Source of the DNA: Eledone cirrhosa
Taxonomy: Eukaryota
NCBI GenBank assembly: GCA_964016885.1
Contig: OZ024743.1
Span: 156,302,001-156,366,000, forward strand
Reading direction: 5' to 3'
Length of the DNA stretch: 64,000 nucleotides
Shown here: positions 1 to 14,400 of the stretch, piece by piece
Layout of the letters: each line of letters opens with the position of its first letter
How positions within the stretch are numbered: the stretch's first letter is position 1
Position numbers and translations under genes: made by a program
Notes under the pieces: generated by a model
Seen by the model: only the letters and a program-made list of their open reading frames with translations
The model's database searches: none
Told to the model about the DNA's origin: nothing

Positions 1-234
1 TGGTTGTGTGTACGGGCAACTTCAGCTTCGAAAGACCACATAGTTGGAAACATAAATGAACAGCTCATTCTGTGCTTGCCTGGAAACCTGCACGTCTACA
101 AGTCTCTTGACTCTATGGCTGATCCGGACGAAGTTGTTAATTTCCCCACATAATTTCTTAGCTCCCTAGACCCTCCCGGATTGCCACTTAAGAAAGGTGT
201 CCCTGGCATGCTCCTCAGGTATTTGGAACCCTGA

Positions 235-600
235 ATGCTTTCCAACGGAAAGCGTCTGGTCATGCAAAAGGCGATGCCCCATGTTATTGAGACAACAATA
301 CTTACAGGATGTGGAAAGGAGGATACTGTCTTCATACCAAGGGTACCTCTCAATCCATCCGGTAAAGACATTCCTTTCACATTCAGAAGGCTGCAATTCC
401 CTCTCCGGCTCAGTTTCTCCATGTCGATTAACAAATCACAAGGTCAGACGTTGACGGTCGTAGGGCTTAATTTAGAAGAACCGTGCTTCTCCCATGGTCA
501 ACTATATGTAGGCTGCTCTCGAGTGGGGAGCCGACATAACCTATTTGCTTTTGCAGCTTGCGAGAAAACCCAAAATATAATCTACAAGGAAATTTTGTAG
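235..600 (+). pseudogene. PIF1-family helicase C-terminal fragment (Helitron RepHel)
   Basis: Motifs FIPRVPL, FRRLQFPLRLSFSMSINKSQGQTL, FSHGQLYVGCSRV and TQNIIYKEIL*. Upstream stop codon and frameshift. Confidence 0.92.
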
Positions 601-723
601 GCACTCCATCCGCCAACAAGTAATCGCTGTTTTTTTTTGTATAAGTGCTTACAATTGCTGTAATGGTGCGATATTTTTGTCCTTTTGAAAATACCACGTA
701 CGCCTCTGAGGTTGCTTTTGGTA

Positions 724-1423
724 TCTATATATATAAAACAGAGGATGTCTGTCTGTGTATCTGTTTCCCTAATACTCGAGAACTACCCAACCCTTTTTAT
801 TTCAAACTTTACACATGTAATACTTAAGGTCTTATTGAGCGTTCTGAGCAAAAAAAAATTCAAAGTGTCAATGCCCTAGGGATCGTATTAGGCGATTTAG
901 CGATCTCTTTCTCTTTCTGTTAGTCTTTCTCTTTTTAGATAGATACATAGATATGACGTCGCGCCTTCATAATATCTGCCTGTATGCCTGGCTGTCTGCA
1001 TTACGACTTATGACGCGATCAGTGTGTGTGTGTGATTATATGTATATATAGTGTGTGTGTGTGTGTGTATATATATATTCTTATGCCAGGGAGCGTCTTC
1101 ACGAACCAAAGTATCGTCTTCCTGTTTTGCTTCGGTAGCAACGTTTTTCGAAATATTTACATCTGCGTTCACATCTAGCGGATTTTCCTGAAATGTCAAG
1201 GCATATTATGCACATAAACAAAATAATTTTCTTGATCTCCGAGTTGAAAACCTTCATTTTTCCTGCCTCATCAAGGAAAATCTTTAAAATTATCCAGCCA
1301 TCAGTATATTCGGTATATTTTCTTTAACTATTGTCCAGGCATGCAGTTTTTCCACGATTAGGTCTGTTGGCGGCCCGCGTTCCAAAATACCTTATACCCT
1401 GCAACGCCGGGTACCACTGCTAG
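724..1423 (+). mobile_element. non-autonomous Helitron nested in the older Helitron
   Basis: Begins A^TCTATATATATAAAAC. Ends with hairpin CCCTGCAACGCCGGG followed by TACCACTGCTAG^T. This gives canonical TC...CTAG ends inserted between A and T, with no TSD. Confidence 0.8.
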
Positions 1424-2032
1424 TACGCTATAAATGTTCAATGTCTCCGTTTTCCGCATTTATATGTTGCTATTACGCTTTGCTATCGTTGTTCCCTAGT
1501 TTTAACCTAATTAATCTACTTCTCTCTACATCTTATTTACACATGTGTTTGACATTCCAGCGTGATCTTGCCAAGGCCATTTTTGTGGCCATCGACTGCT
1601 ACATGCTTTTCTAGGTTACAATCTCAAATAACAAGCAAAGGAAATATGACACACCAAAGTGGTGTGAAGAACTTCTTAAGGGCCACTACCTCTAATCGGA
1701 GTCATCTTCGCTAACAGCTCTGCCACTGAGACTTTTAAGATTAAACGATCCAAGGCCCTAACCAGAGCCAACAAGTTTAAATTGTTACCATGGGATTCAT
1801 CTTTGCTGGCAGCAGCGCCACTGAGATATTTCAAAGTGAACGTTAAAAGGTCATCTTCAGGGCCACCAACTATAAATTGTTATCGCTGGTATGTAAGTGA
1901 ACGTTCAAAGGCCCTCTTTAGGGCTAACACCTATAAATTATTACTTCTATAGTCGTATTTAACGGAAGTCTTTCGGTTCATTTAAACGACTACTCCATTG
2001 AGAGTTATTCCGCGCAACGCCAGGTACCTCTG

Positions 2033-2117
<85 letters not shown>

Positions 2118-2443
2118 GTGTGTATAAATGTACGAGTAAAGTTTCTTTGTGTAGATAAGTGTACAAACAAAAATAAAACAAAGTTTGCTTACCAAAGTAT
2201 TTTTCTCAACATGGTCTTTATAGTTTACAGTAATAGTCCAATAAGAGGGATCAAATTATAGTATCCCGGTGGGAGATCATGGAGTAATGATATTTTAAAT
2301 GTATGTTATCAATTATAATGTATTGAAACATATGTTATAGAATGAACTTTTGATAAATAATTTTTTTTAGTGTTTTTCTATACTTCATGCCTAATGTTTG
2401 TTTTTTCCTATACGTTTAAAATATATATATACACATACATATC

Positions 2444-2492
<49 letters not shown>

Positions 2493-2502
2493 GTTCAAGA
2501 AC

Positions 2503-2585
2503 AGAAATTGAAGCACCTAGTCCAGGAATTGAACCCACGATATTGCAATAACAAACCCAACATCCTAACCTCTAGGCTATGCTCC
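2503..2585 (-). mobile_element. decayed tRNA-derived SINE head
   Basis: Minus strand reads ATAGCCTAGAGGTTAGG...GGGTTCAATTCCTGG (A-box and B-box like). No full cloverleaf. Confidence 0.45.
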
Positions 2586-3205
2586 ATCATAATATATATA
2601 ATAATAAAACAATAAGTATGTTCACTGGTTGGCCTAATACAGAATATAGAAAAGAAATCACAAAAAGGGTTCGTTTTCAATCACGAAGGGTAGAGAACCA
2701 AGAACATAAAGTCTACATGGCGTGCATATTTTCGTATCTTATACCATGTGCTCTATTTCACTTTTCTGTAGTCTCTTTAGAAGTGTTGACCGTATCTTAT
2801 TTGCACCAAGCGAGGAGCCATGAGAAGTAATGGGACCAACACTGTTTATAGCGAAACATTCTCTCTTTGAGGTATTTTATAGTTATAAAGCGGGTCAGTA
2901 CATTTTAATTTACCTCTTTAATTATCATGTATTTTCCACACTTTTTGTAGGCTTTATGTTCTTCACTATAGTGGTTCTCTTTCCCTTGTAATTGAAAACA
3001 TACCCTTTTTGTGTTTATTTCTCTATATACTGTATTAGGAAGACCCCGGTACTTATACCTTTAGCTCATTAAATAACAGGAGATTAACGCGAGAGTTTAA
3101 CTCCGTTTTTTTTCCTTTGATATGTTCGCTCCTAATTTCTCTGTTATTTCAGCTTCATATGTAATTAAATACATATATGATGCAATAGGGATTCTTTATT
3201 CCAAA

Positions 3206-5708
3206 ATTATCATTATTATCTTTATTGTTTCATATATCTTACTTTATGTTCATACGAGCTATTACCAAGTCACAACCAGTGACCTCAAGAGACAACAACG
3301 TTCGCCATTTTCACGAAAGAACACACACACACACACGCATGTATCTTTAGGTGTTTACATATGTGATATACTTATATTGACAGAATCTTCCTTAATATAT
3401 GGGAAGTTCCCATTAGTATTATCTTTTTTATTTTCTCTATACGCGGGTTTCCTGGGATTTGGGTTACGTAATCATTAGGCCCCTTAGGTATCATTCCTAG
3501 AGCACCTACAACCACTGGTATTGTTTTAGTTCTCTACTTCCACATTTTTCCAATCTCTATTTCCAGGTCTTTATATTCTCTTAATTTTTCAATGTGTTTT
3601 TATAAATACATACTTGTCTATAATAACGGTCATGTCAACTAGCAGGCATACTCTCTTTTTCAATTTCTTTAGTATTATATCAGTTCTACTTGCATCTATT
3701 TTTCGGTATGTTTTGGACGCTAAAATTCCACAAAATTGACCTTTTTTCAAGTACGAGAAGTGGCTGATGCTCCCACAAATTTGTTTCATGGGGCATGACA
3801 AAATACTTAAACGTTACGCAATGTGTGTATTGTGGCAATCTGTCATGTCTGTTAAGGTATCGATTGGAGCTATAGGACTGTACCTTGAAATCATATTATC
3901 AATGGTCTATGGTTGTTTTTACATACACGGCATAATGGGTTACATCAATTTTTTTATGATGATGGCTTGGTAATTTTTTGTAGGCAGACACTGATCTTGT
4001 GCTCATATAATCAGTCCTCCCATCTCCGGTGCAGTCTAGATGATGCCAACCACAGATGGGTTAATGTGTTGTCAACATCAGGATTGTTAGCTCGTTCCTG
4101 GTATGTCTTGCTATTTCGTAATCAGTTTCTGTAGCAATTCTTTCTTTGCAGTTACTTTTACTTGCTTTTCTTTCTGTGTTTTTGATTTCGGCACTGAAGG
4201 GAAATTCTGAGATTTATAGTAAATTATTGTATCTATGTGCATCTCTTCTAATGGAATATGATTTTTTGTTGCTTACGTGTTTCAAAACGAGTTTGATCAT
4301 CCAATCATGTGATTCCCGTAGATATGTAGATAATCCAATTTTTGAAGTTTTCAAAGAAATATATTATTTAATAATATCCTCCTCCTTTCTTAGGGAGATA
4401 TATTCTATCTGTTGCTGCCGTATGGTGATGCATTCTGTGCATGGTTAAGATTTTACTAATTTTCATATCGAGTTTACGTATCTCTGTGCTTGATCAGTTG
4501 ATGATATTGAAACTGTAAGTTACTACTGGTATGGCAAGTGTGTTTATGGTATCGATCCTAATGTTCCGTTCTTAACATTGCTCTTACTCTGCGGTAACAT
4601 TCCTTCCTTATCATTTCCCTCATTGTCGAGTGCTCGATTCCGTCTCTTTCACAAACACCTAGATATTTATAAGTTTCTGCTTGATCAAGTTCTTTTATCA
4701 CATTCCCCCGATCAAGATTATTGTCTGAACTTTGCAGCAGCTTTTCTCAAATGAACGTGACTTTGGTGCATTTATCTAGTCCAAACTCCGTTTTAATGTC
4801 AGCGCTGAACTGTTTCACAGTGGATAATGGCCTTTCCAATTGCTCCTCACGTTTTGCAGATAGCTTCAGGTCATCCATGGAGAACAAGTGATTACTGGTT
4901 TTGTCATAGACTTTATATATTGTTTCATTGAGCAGTTTACTTAATGGTATACGCGTGATGCACAATAAAAGCGGTGATAAAGAGTCACCCTTAAAAATTC
5001 CTCAATTAATATCAATTTCTGCAGCTTCCAGTGATTTTCTGGCATTCCTTTGTTTATTTTTCATTTTCACTCCACATAAATGAGTGGTGACTTTAGACGA
5101 TGCATAATAATGATGATTTAGTTCAGTAATAGTTAGTTTATTTGTGGTGATAACGTATTTGAGAGATATGCAAGTGCATTATCCTCAGGTATTTTTTTTC
5201 CAGGATGTTTCTTTTTCCAGTTGATATATGTTTCTTCTGTATTCGATCTATTTTATGGGATGGGCAGTACATGGCAGTGTAGAAAACCTCAAGGACGTCT
5301 TTATTGTCGTCCCTTGACCATTTCTTCTCTTTTTCTTTGGATTTTTTGGTGTTGAGCATGGTTGGTAAACAGTATTTCTTGGTGGTGAGCATGGTTGGTG
5401 ATCAGTATTCCGGTTATGGGAGGTCTCCAGCTCCGAATTGGTGCGAAGTTTGGAAACTTTAGGTGATTTTTCGACTGTAGTCTTGTTCCTCTCTGAGGGA
5501 CGTGGCCCTTGTTAACTCGGGTGATGGCCGATACGATGTGGCTTTTTATTAATTGACTTTGGACTTATTTTGTTCCGTTTTACTTTTAACTGCCAAGGGG
5601 TATTATTTAGAGTTACCACTCCTAGGACGAGTGTCAACCAAGACTAGATGAGTCATCCTCCCCATTAGACACGGCTATACTCCGCCGGACACCAGCCCGG
5701 TATTTCTT
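3206..5708 (-). mobile_element. R4/Dong-type LINE, degraded and internally deleted (same family as 7128-11033)
   Basis: Colinear similarity with 7128-11033 from the 3' UTR (gtcacaaccagtgacctcaagagacaac) to the 5' UTR. RT remnant HLFSMDDLKL. About 1 kb of RT is deleted near 5040. Confidence 0.9.
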
Positions 5709-7127
5709 ATTCATATTTTTGTTTTTATTATTATAAATGTTTCCTTAATGTGAGCCATGTGAGGTTAATAAAGAAATTATTATCATTATAATACACTTGT
5801 AGCCATTGTTGGTGTTGCCTTTGCTGTTTTTGTTGTTCTTGGCTATGCCAGTGGTGCTGGGGCTTATTCTGTGGGTGGGGAGTTCCATTGTAGGTGGGGG
5901 TCATGGGTGCTATTGAGGCTGTTATTGTTGAGATGTTCAAAATTTAATGTTGACCGTGTCAATAAGTCAGTCTAATTATATCTTTTGGTAGCTTCTTCCT
6001 TTCTAGTCTTGTCCTTCTCAGCAAATTTGATGTCGTCTTTTCTTAAGTTAACAGAAGGTGATGAGGGAGTAGTGGTTGCGGTGGTGGCACTGGAGATGCG
6101 GTAGTTGTACTGTAGTGACAGCCTTTCTGTTAGTTTGTCTCGGCTAAATTGTGATACTATTACAATGTGTGATGTGTTTGTTTTGTCTATATTCTGTTCA
6201 TTAACTTTGTGGTTTGCTACTTATATTTAGTATAAGTGTTGACAATCTTCCTTCATATGCGAACTAAACATTTAGAGATAACTTCAGATACAATGAAAAT
6301 TATTATTATTATGCTGGGATTTGCCGTTATTTAGCTGTTGAATTCGGTGTACGCAGATAGCTTTTCTTCAGATTGTAAACATATTCATTTTTTTATAAAA
6401 AATGTCTAATATGAAATGAAATATTTGAGCCATAAGCCAAGGTATTGTAGGATTTGATTTTCTGTAGGAAAGGGCTGATGCCTTCTGTCCCATTAGCAAT
6501 AAAATGTATTATATCATAGCTAGTAGAAAAACCACCCTTCGGGTGGTTCTGCTGGCATGTGTAGTGTGCATATTGATATTATACGCAAGTATATATGCAT
6601 GTAGATATGATACATCAAATTAAATCGTAATTGACAATATACACAGAAAATAAACGAAGACTATGGTACACTGTATTATGTAATCAGTAATGTAATCCAT
6701 GATAGATTAAAAAAAGACGGTATTAAATATAAACTGTATTAGGAGAAAATTAGTGACGGAAATATATGAATGCTTATTTAAGCGATCGTTAACCGGAAGT
6801 GTTGGTTATTGAAAATGTTAAAGAAGTGCATCTTAAGTGTTGGCTACTGAAAATGTTAAAGAAGTGCATCTTAGAATGAGCGACAAAAATATTTATATCT
6901 AATAAAACATAACGAAAATTAGTAAATAAATTATGTAATATTCATTCATTATTTATTTAAAGAAATCCCACTTATTTTACGAACTGGATAAAAAGAATAT
7001 ATTCTGGACGCAGTGACGCATTCCATACTTTATTATAGTTTAGATTAGTTAAAATATGTAAAAAAAAACCCACTAAACAGAAACTTACTGGAGCGAATCC
7101 ATAACAATATATCCACCACGTGCACAT

Positions 7128-10100
7128 ACTATTATTATAATTATTACAGTTGCATTTATCTTCCTTTATGTTCATACGAGTTATCACCATGTCACAACCA
7201 GTGACCTCAAGAGACAACAAGGTCCGCCATATTCAAGAAAGAACATACATACTCACACATGAATCTTTAGGTGTTTAGACTTGTGATGTACTTATATTGA
7301 CAGAATCTTCCTTGGTATATGGGCAGTTCCCATTAGTACTATCTCTTGTATTTCTCCTATACGCGGGTTTCCTGGGATTTGCGATAAGTAATCATTAGAC
7401 CCCTTAGGTATCATTCCTAGAGCGCCTACAAACACTGGTATTGTTTTAGTTCTCAATTTCCACATTTTTCCAATTTCTATCTCCAGGTCCTTATATTTGC
7501 TCAATTTTTCAAATGTTTTTATAGATACATTCTTGTCTATTGGAACAGACATATCAATTAGCAGGCAGACCCTCTTTTTAAAGTCCTTCAGTATTATATC
7601 AGGTATATTTGCAACTATTTTTCGGTCTGTTTGGATGCTAAAGTTCCACAAGATTGAGATGTGATCTTTTTCAAGTATGTGAGGTGGTTGATGCTCCCAC
7701 CAATTCTTTTGATGGGGTAGGTTAAATGCTTACACATTATCCAATGTATGTATTGTGCAGCTCTGTCATGCCTGTTTAGGTATTCGGTTGGAGCTATAGG
7801 ACTGCACATTGAAATTATATGGTCAATGGTCTCTGGTTGTTTTTTACATACACGGCATAATGGGCTGAATCCATTTTTTATTGTGTTGGCTTGGTAATTT
7901 TTTGTTGGCAGACACTGATCTTATGCTGATATAATCAGTCCTTCAGTCTCCGATTTCAGTCCAGAGGATGCCAACCACTGATGGGATAACGTTTTGTCAA
8001 CATCAGGATTGTTAGCTCGTTCTGGGTATTTTCCATACAGAGGCTTTTCTTGCCATTTCTTAGCCAGTTTCTGTAGCAATTCTTTCTTTGCAGTTACTTT
8101 TAACTGCTTTGTTTTTTCTCTGTTTTCCATTTCAGCAGTAAATGGGACTTCTGTAATTTGTAGTCCATTACTGTATCTGTGTGTATATTTTGTAATGGAA
8201 TATGATCTTTTGATGCTTTCGTGTTTCAAAACGAGTTTGATCATCCAATCATGTGATTCCCTTAGATATGTAGATAGTTCAATTGTTGCAGTTTTCAACG
8301 CAATGTCTAACTGGATTAACCCACGTCCTCCTTCTTTCCTAGGGAGATATATTCTATCTGTATCTGCCTTAGGGTGATGCATTCTGTGCATGGTTAAGAA
8401 TTTTCGAATTTTTGTATCGAGCCTACGGATCTCTGTGCTTGACCAGTTCATGACATTGTAATTGTGGGTTACTACGGGTATGGCAAGCTTGTTTATGGCA
8501 TCGATCCTATTCCTTGCATTCAATTCCGTTCTTAAGATTGCTGTTACTCTGCGGTAACATTCCTTCCTTATCATTTCCCTCATTGTCGAGAGCTTAATTC
8601 CGTCTCCTTCACAAACACCTAGATATTTGTAAGTTTCCTCTTGATAAAGTTCTCTTATTACATTCCCCCGATCAAGATTAATATCTCAACATTTCTGCAG
8701 CTTTCCTCTGGTTAACGTTGCTTTGTCACATTTATCTAGTCCAAACTCCATTTTAATGTCATCACTAAACTGCTCCACATTGGATAATAGCCCTTGCAAT
8801 TGTTCATCATTTTTTGCAAATAGTTTCAGGTCATCCATGTAGAACAAGTGATTAATATTTGTCATAGACTTTATATCCATGTTTTGTTTCATTGAACATT
8901 TTACTTAATGGTATAAGTGTGATGCAGAATAAAAGCGGTGATAAAGAGTCACCCTGAAAAATTCCACAATTAATATTAACTTCTCCAGCTTCCAGTGATT
9001 TTGTTTCACTATTCAATAGGAGTGTCGTTTTCCATGTCTTCATACTGAATGACAGAAACCTTCTGACAACGGGAGATATTTTGAAAATCTCTAAACATTT
9101 TTCAATCCATCTGTGTGGCAAACTATCGAATGCTTTTTTATAATCTATCCAAGCAATTGATAGATGTTTGTGTCTATTATGACAATCTGCCAGTATCATT
9201 TTGTTAACCAAAAGCTGATCCTTACAGCCATATGAGCCTCGTTTACACCCTTTCTGCTCATTGGGAAATAGATCATTTGTAATCAGGTGGTCATATGTAT
9301 AATCAGTTAGGACTGATGTTAAAATGTTATACATTGTAGTCAAGCAAGTTATCGGTCTGTAATTTTTGGGATTGTTTGTCTCATCATTCTTCGGAAGTAG
9401 GAATGTAATGTCGTTAATTAGCCATGATGGTATCTTTTCTGGCTCCTTAACTATTTCATTGTAAAGTTGGGCTAACAGCTCATGAGACTCTGGGAAGGCA
9501 TTTATCCAAACATTTTGTATTTTGTCTTTTCCTGGGGATTTCCATTTGCTGTTTTTTCTAAGAGCCAAACGCAACTGTTCAAGTGTTATATTTTCCCATA
9601 TTTGTTCCTCAAGCTGAGCTATATCTTTATTTTGTCTGTCTATCCATGGGGCATGTATATTATGAACTTTTTCTTCAGCCCAGATCTTTTCCCAGAATTC
9701 TTGCACTTCCTCCTTGGGTGGTATTGATATAGCAGTTATTGTTGACTTTCCAATTTTTCTGCAGAAATTTCTTTGGTTGTTTTTTAACATATTATTGTCC
9801 TTATATAATCTAGATCGTTTTTCAAAGCGCCTTATATGAGCAGCTTTGGCCGACACTTTTTGCTTGATTATTTCTATCAGCATGTCTATGTCACTTGTTG
9901 ATTTTATACAGTACTTTTTTTTCAATTTTCTAAGTTTAGTTTGTTTAACATGTTCACCTACTTTATAGTTTGTTAAAATGTCTATGTGGGAATTCCTTTG
10001 TTTTTTTCATTTTCATTCCACATAAGTGAGTGATGACTTTAGCCGATGCATAATAGAGATGATTTAAATCAGTAATGTTTAGTTTGTTGTGATGATAATG

Positions 10101-11033
10101 TTTTTGAGAATTATGTTAGTCTTGTGTATTATCTTTTGGTTCTGTTTGGAGTTCTGGATCTTAGGGAGGGTGTCTAGTTCCCCCATGTCAGATTATTTCA
10201 CTTTCATCCATTCGATCATAATTTCATCCTTCAAGTTGGCAAGTTCATTCTCATTCATTTCTTTATCATTTACGATCTCATTATTTTCATTTGGAGTTTC
10301 CTCTTGAGCATGCACTCCCTCCACTTTTTCGATCCTTTCTTTAATTTGTTCTGTTGTCGGTGATCCGCCCCAAACCTTGGATTCGAAGTGTTACAATTTA
10401 CCTCGTTTTCACTGTCACCTGTTTCATTTTCCCTTCGCTGACTTTGTGCTAATAGCTTGATCTGATCAATTTCTATATCAGTTAGTAACTTTTTTTTACA
10501 ATATTTCTTCGTATATTGGCTAGTTTATTACTGTCAATATAGCCTCTGATTTCGGGATGTTTCTTTTTCCAGTTGATATATGTCTGTTCTGTATTTGATG
10601 TATTTGATGGGTAGTACAGAAAGCCTCAAGGACTTCTTTATTATCTTCCCTTGACCATTTTTCTCTCTTTTTCTTTGGATTTCTTGGTGGTGAGCATGGA
10701 GGGCCAACAGTAGGAGTATTCCGGTTATGGGAGTTCTCCAGCTCCGAAGTGATGGGAAGGTTTGAACCATTAGCTGATTTTGCGACCCCAGTCTGGTTCC
10801 TCTCTAAGGGACGCGGCCCTTTTTGACCCGGCTGACGGCCGATCCGGTATGAGATTTTATCATTTGACATTTACTTTATTTTGTCGCGTTTTATCCTTAT
10901 CCGCCAAGGGGTAATCATTTCGTGTTACCACTTCTAGGACGAGTGTCAACCAAGACTAGAGGGGTCGTCCTCCCCTAGAGACACGGCTATTCCCCGCCGG
11001 CCGCCATCCCGGTATTTCTTGGTCGGTCACGGG
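7128..11033 (-). mobile_element. near full-length R4/Dong-type non-LTR retrotransposon (RT, CCHC finger, restriction-like endonuclease), frameshifted
   Basis: ORF pieces run from 10870 to 7292. Motifs NYRPITCL, AWIDYKKAFDS, GIFQGDSLSPLLF, YMDDLKLF, RHD, and PDIILKD..LIDMSVP..KLSKY (RLE). TAA-like tail at 7128-7146. Confidence 0.93.
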
Positions 11034-11459
11034 TTTTCTTTTTTGTTGTTTTTTTTAAATTGTTATTATCATGAGTGGTTCCTTAATGTGAGCATTGCGT
11101 GGCTTAAGAATGAAATTATTAATAATATAATATACTTTTTTGCTGAAGTTGCCTGTTATTGTTGTTGGCTATGTCGGTGGTTGTGCTGGGGCTTTTTTCT
11201 ATTGTTGGTGGGGAAGGGAGGAGCCAGCAGTGCCATAGCCGTTGACGTTTGGTCGGTGGCCGGGTTACTAAGTCAATATATTTATATCTTTTGCTAGCCT
11301 CTCCCTTGTCTAGTGATACCGCCTCCTTCCCATTTCTAAAGTTAACAGAAGGTAATGGGGGAATGGTGGTGGTAGCAATGAAAGAGTGGTGGTGGCGGTG
11401 CTGGTATAGTGGTAGCAATGATGGATGAAGTGGTGGCGGCGGTGATGGGAGTAGCAAAA

Positions 11460-14400
11460 CAGTGCGAAGCATTTCAGGTAACTCAGGAGGAATTAGAAGA
11501 GCCAAAAAAAGTATAAGGAAGATGGGTACAGGGTCAGCCTCACCCCCACACACACCTAATAAAATGGAGAATCGGCGCCTATGCACCGTGTCTTATCGAA
11601 CAATTAATATAAAATCAGGCCGAGTGGAACGGGTATCCGAGTCCTAAATCCAAAAAGCATTGGGACATGTGTGGGCAAAAAAAAACCGCATCAGACGTGG
11701 GGAGAAATATGGAACCGTGGACGTGTTCTTTGAAACACCACAGAGAGGGCAAGAGAACACCCCATGGTGACGACTTCACACTCGTCCCAAGCTATTCTGG
11801 CCAGAGACTCGTAAAGATCAGGGTCACCCACGTTCCACCGGCCATCGACATTCCCTGGCTAATAGCTGCCGTTCTCGCCGGCATCGAAGCCAACACCAAG
11901 ATAATCGAAATAGCGAAAGAAAAGCAAGAGAACTGGTCCGGATCTGGGATGAGGCTCCTGATCCAAGCGGACGAAAAATCATTGAGGAGATCCCAGACGT
12001 AATAGACCTCACTGACGGCAGCCACCTCACCGTAATTGCGAGGGCAGAAGGACTAGGTGTGTCGTTTGTGGTGAAGGAACCCATCTAAGGGCTTTCTGCC
12101 CTCAGGCTAAAATGTTGAGGCCACCTCTCCTACCCACCCCAGTGACTCAACCTTCAACACCACACGCAGCAGAGATGGGAGCAACAACTGTAGCAGCAAC
12201 AACAGAAGCAACTGTAACAGCAACAACCCCAGAAACAGTAGCAAAACCAACACCACCACCACCCAACGCGCCAGAACTAGCACCAGCGCCTACACCATCC
12301 TCCACGCCACAATCAAAACGAACGCCCGTGGATGATTTTCCACTCCCGGGCCTATCACAACTGGAGACAGATTGTGGCGACGAGGAGTGGGAAACGGTAT
12401 CAGGAAAAAAGAAAAAAAGAAACTAAAAAAGAAAAAGTCTGTCCTTCCCCTCTATAAACAAAATACAGAGGGAAACAAATAAACAATCAAACAAAAAAGT
12501 TAGGACAGATATGCCACCATCCACACCACCATCAACAACCCCATCACCCCAAACACGAACACCATGACCATCATTAACCGCGACACCAACATCACCTACA
12601 CCACAAAAGTCACCAAAAAGCGAAACAGAAACAAACCCACAACAAACGCAAACAAAATAAAACAACCAAAACGATACACACTACACAGCATTAAATTTGA
12701 ACAAGGGCGGTGGATTGGCAGTATCGGTAGAGGGTCGGACGCCATGCTTTCCAGCATAGTTACGTCCATTTACGAACTGAGTTCAAATCCCGCCGAGGTT
12801 GACTTTGCCTTTCATCCTTACGGGGTCGATCAAATAAAGTACCAGTAATGCACTGGTTAATTGCTGGCCTTGTGCCTAAAGTAGAAACAATTAAACTTGA
12901 ATAACAACCAATTATTACACTACATCCAACACAACACCAGCATCACAGAAAAAGACTACACAACAACCCAAAAGTTCACACCACCTGCATTGAGGGGAGA
13001 AGTTGCTGTGCTTTTTCGGAGAGGTTTGGATCTCGCCATACGGGCCATCTTCCTGGACCCAGAAGGTAAGTTGGTGGTGCTGGACGTGACCAGCGGAGAC
13101 GGGCAAGCTTTTAGGCTAGTAGCCGTCTATGCCCCGACAGGAGCAGGGCGGCATGATTTCTTCCGGCGTCTGGAGACCTTTCTTGGAACGTCCCGCTCTT
13201 TAGGGTTAGTGGGCGACTGGAACGGGATCTTAGATGCACGCTGGGACTGTATGGGATTAGCGGATAGGGGAGGATGGTGCAATAGTCTCACCAACCTGCT
13301 CAGGCGTGTTGAACTGTCTGAAAGGTACCGATTGGATTTCCCGAATGTGCCAATGAGGACTTGGACAAATCGCATAGGGTCATCCAGATCATATCTAGAT
13401 AGAATATTTAGTAAGGAAATAGAAAGGTCTAGCATAGGCTGTCCACAATTCAAGATAGTCAGCTACACGGACCACAAATTCGTGATCTGTGTGCTTGACT
13501 TAGATATGCTTCATAGACGAGGACCCGGCTACTGGAAGCTAAACGCGTCCTTACCAGCGAGCAAGGCCTACAGAGACCGGATCAGTGAACTAGTTAAGCG
13601 GGCGTTGACGGGGGCCATCGTCAACAACAAGTGGTGGTTTGCTTTGAAAAGAGCAATTAGAATAGAGTCCATTAGGTTTAGTAAGGCTTTAGCAATAGAG
13701 AAAAATAGAGCAGAAGGAGAATTAGTTAGAAAATTATACGAGGCGCTTAGCACAGGCATCGCGACCGACGTACTTGCGGCGAAATTGGACCTTGACCAAT
13801 TCTTCAATGCAAAGCACGAAGGCTGCGTTGTCAGGGCTAGGGTACGTTCAATGGGCCCGAGTGGCGGAGGCGCATCGTTGCAACAAAGCAACGATCCGGT
13901 ATTTGGTGGACCACGTGGGGCGCATGCTACTCGAACCCGGGCAAATGTGTGAAGCTCTTCAGCGACACTTCGCATTGCTGTTCGGGGGCAGCGGCGGGCC
14001 GGTTCGAGGGATGGACTTTAGTGTCTACCTCGACGGACTGCCGCGGCTCTCGGCCACTGAGGCGGAGTCTTGCGAAAAGCAGATAACAGCCGCTGAAGTA
14101 CGGGAGGGAATGACTGGCTGCACAAGGGGTAAATCGCCTGGTTTGGATGGTCTACCCTATGAACTTTACGTACAGATGCCAGACTTGTTCAGAGGCCTCT
14201 TGGCGGTCGTCTACTGCAACTGGCAACAGAACGGGAGAATTGCCAGCTCTGTGAGCCGAGGAGCGGTGGCATTGCTGAGAAAGGATCCGAACAAGGGGGA
14301 TACCATAGATAATTTCAGGCACATAACTCAGCTAAACACAGAGTTCAAGATTTTGGCCAAGGTGCTAGCAAAGAGGTTGGCGCTTGTCGTTGGTGGTCTG

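Larger units (their letters stand above)
1..2036 (+). mobile_element. 3' part of a degraded autonomous Helitron (PIF1 helicase C-terminus, 3' UTR and terminus)
   Basis: The region before 235 encodes DPDEVVNFPT*FLSSLDPPGLP, and ORF 235-600 is a PIF1 C-terminus. A Helitron-like end CCGCGCAACGCCAGGTACCTCTGCTAA lies at about 2010-2036 (CTAA instead of CTAG). Confidence 0.75.

Noticed and set aside
10900-11033. Canonical HDV-like ribozyme at the R4 5' end
   Set aside because: I could not assign P1, P1.1, P2, P3 and the catalytic C by eye. Reported only as a conserved structured motif.
12705-12800. tRNA gene
   Set aside because: A and B boxes are present, but there is no cloverleaf. It continues into a repeated SINE body with a TSD.
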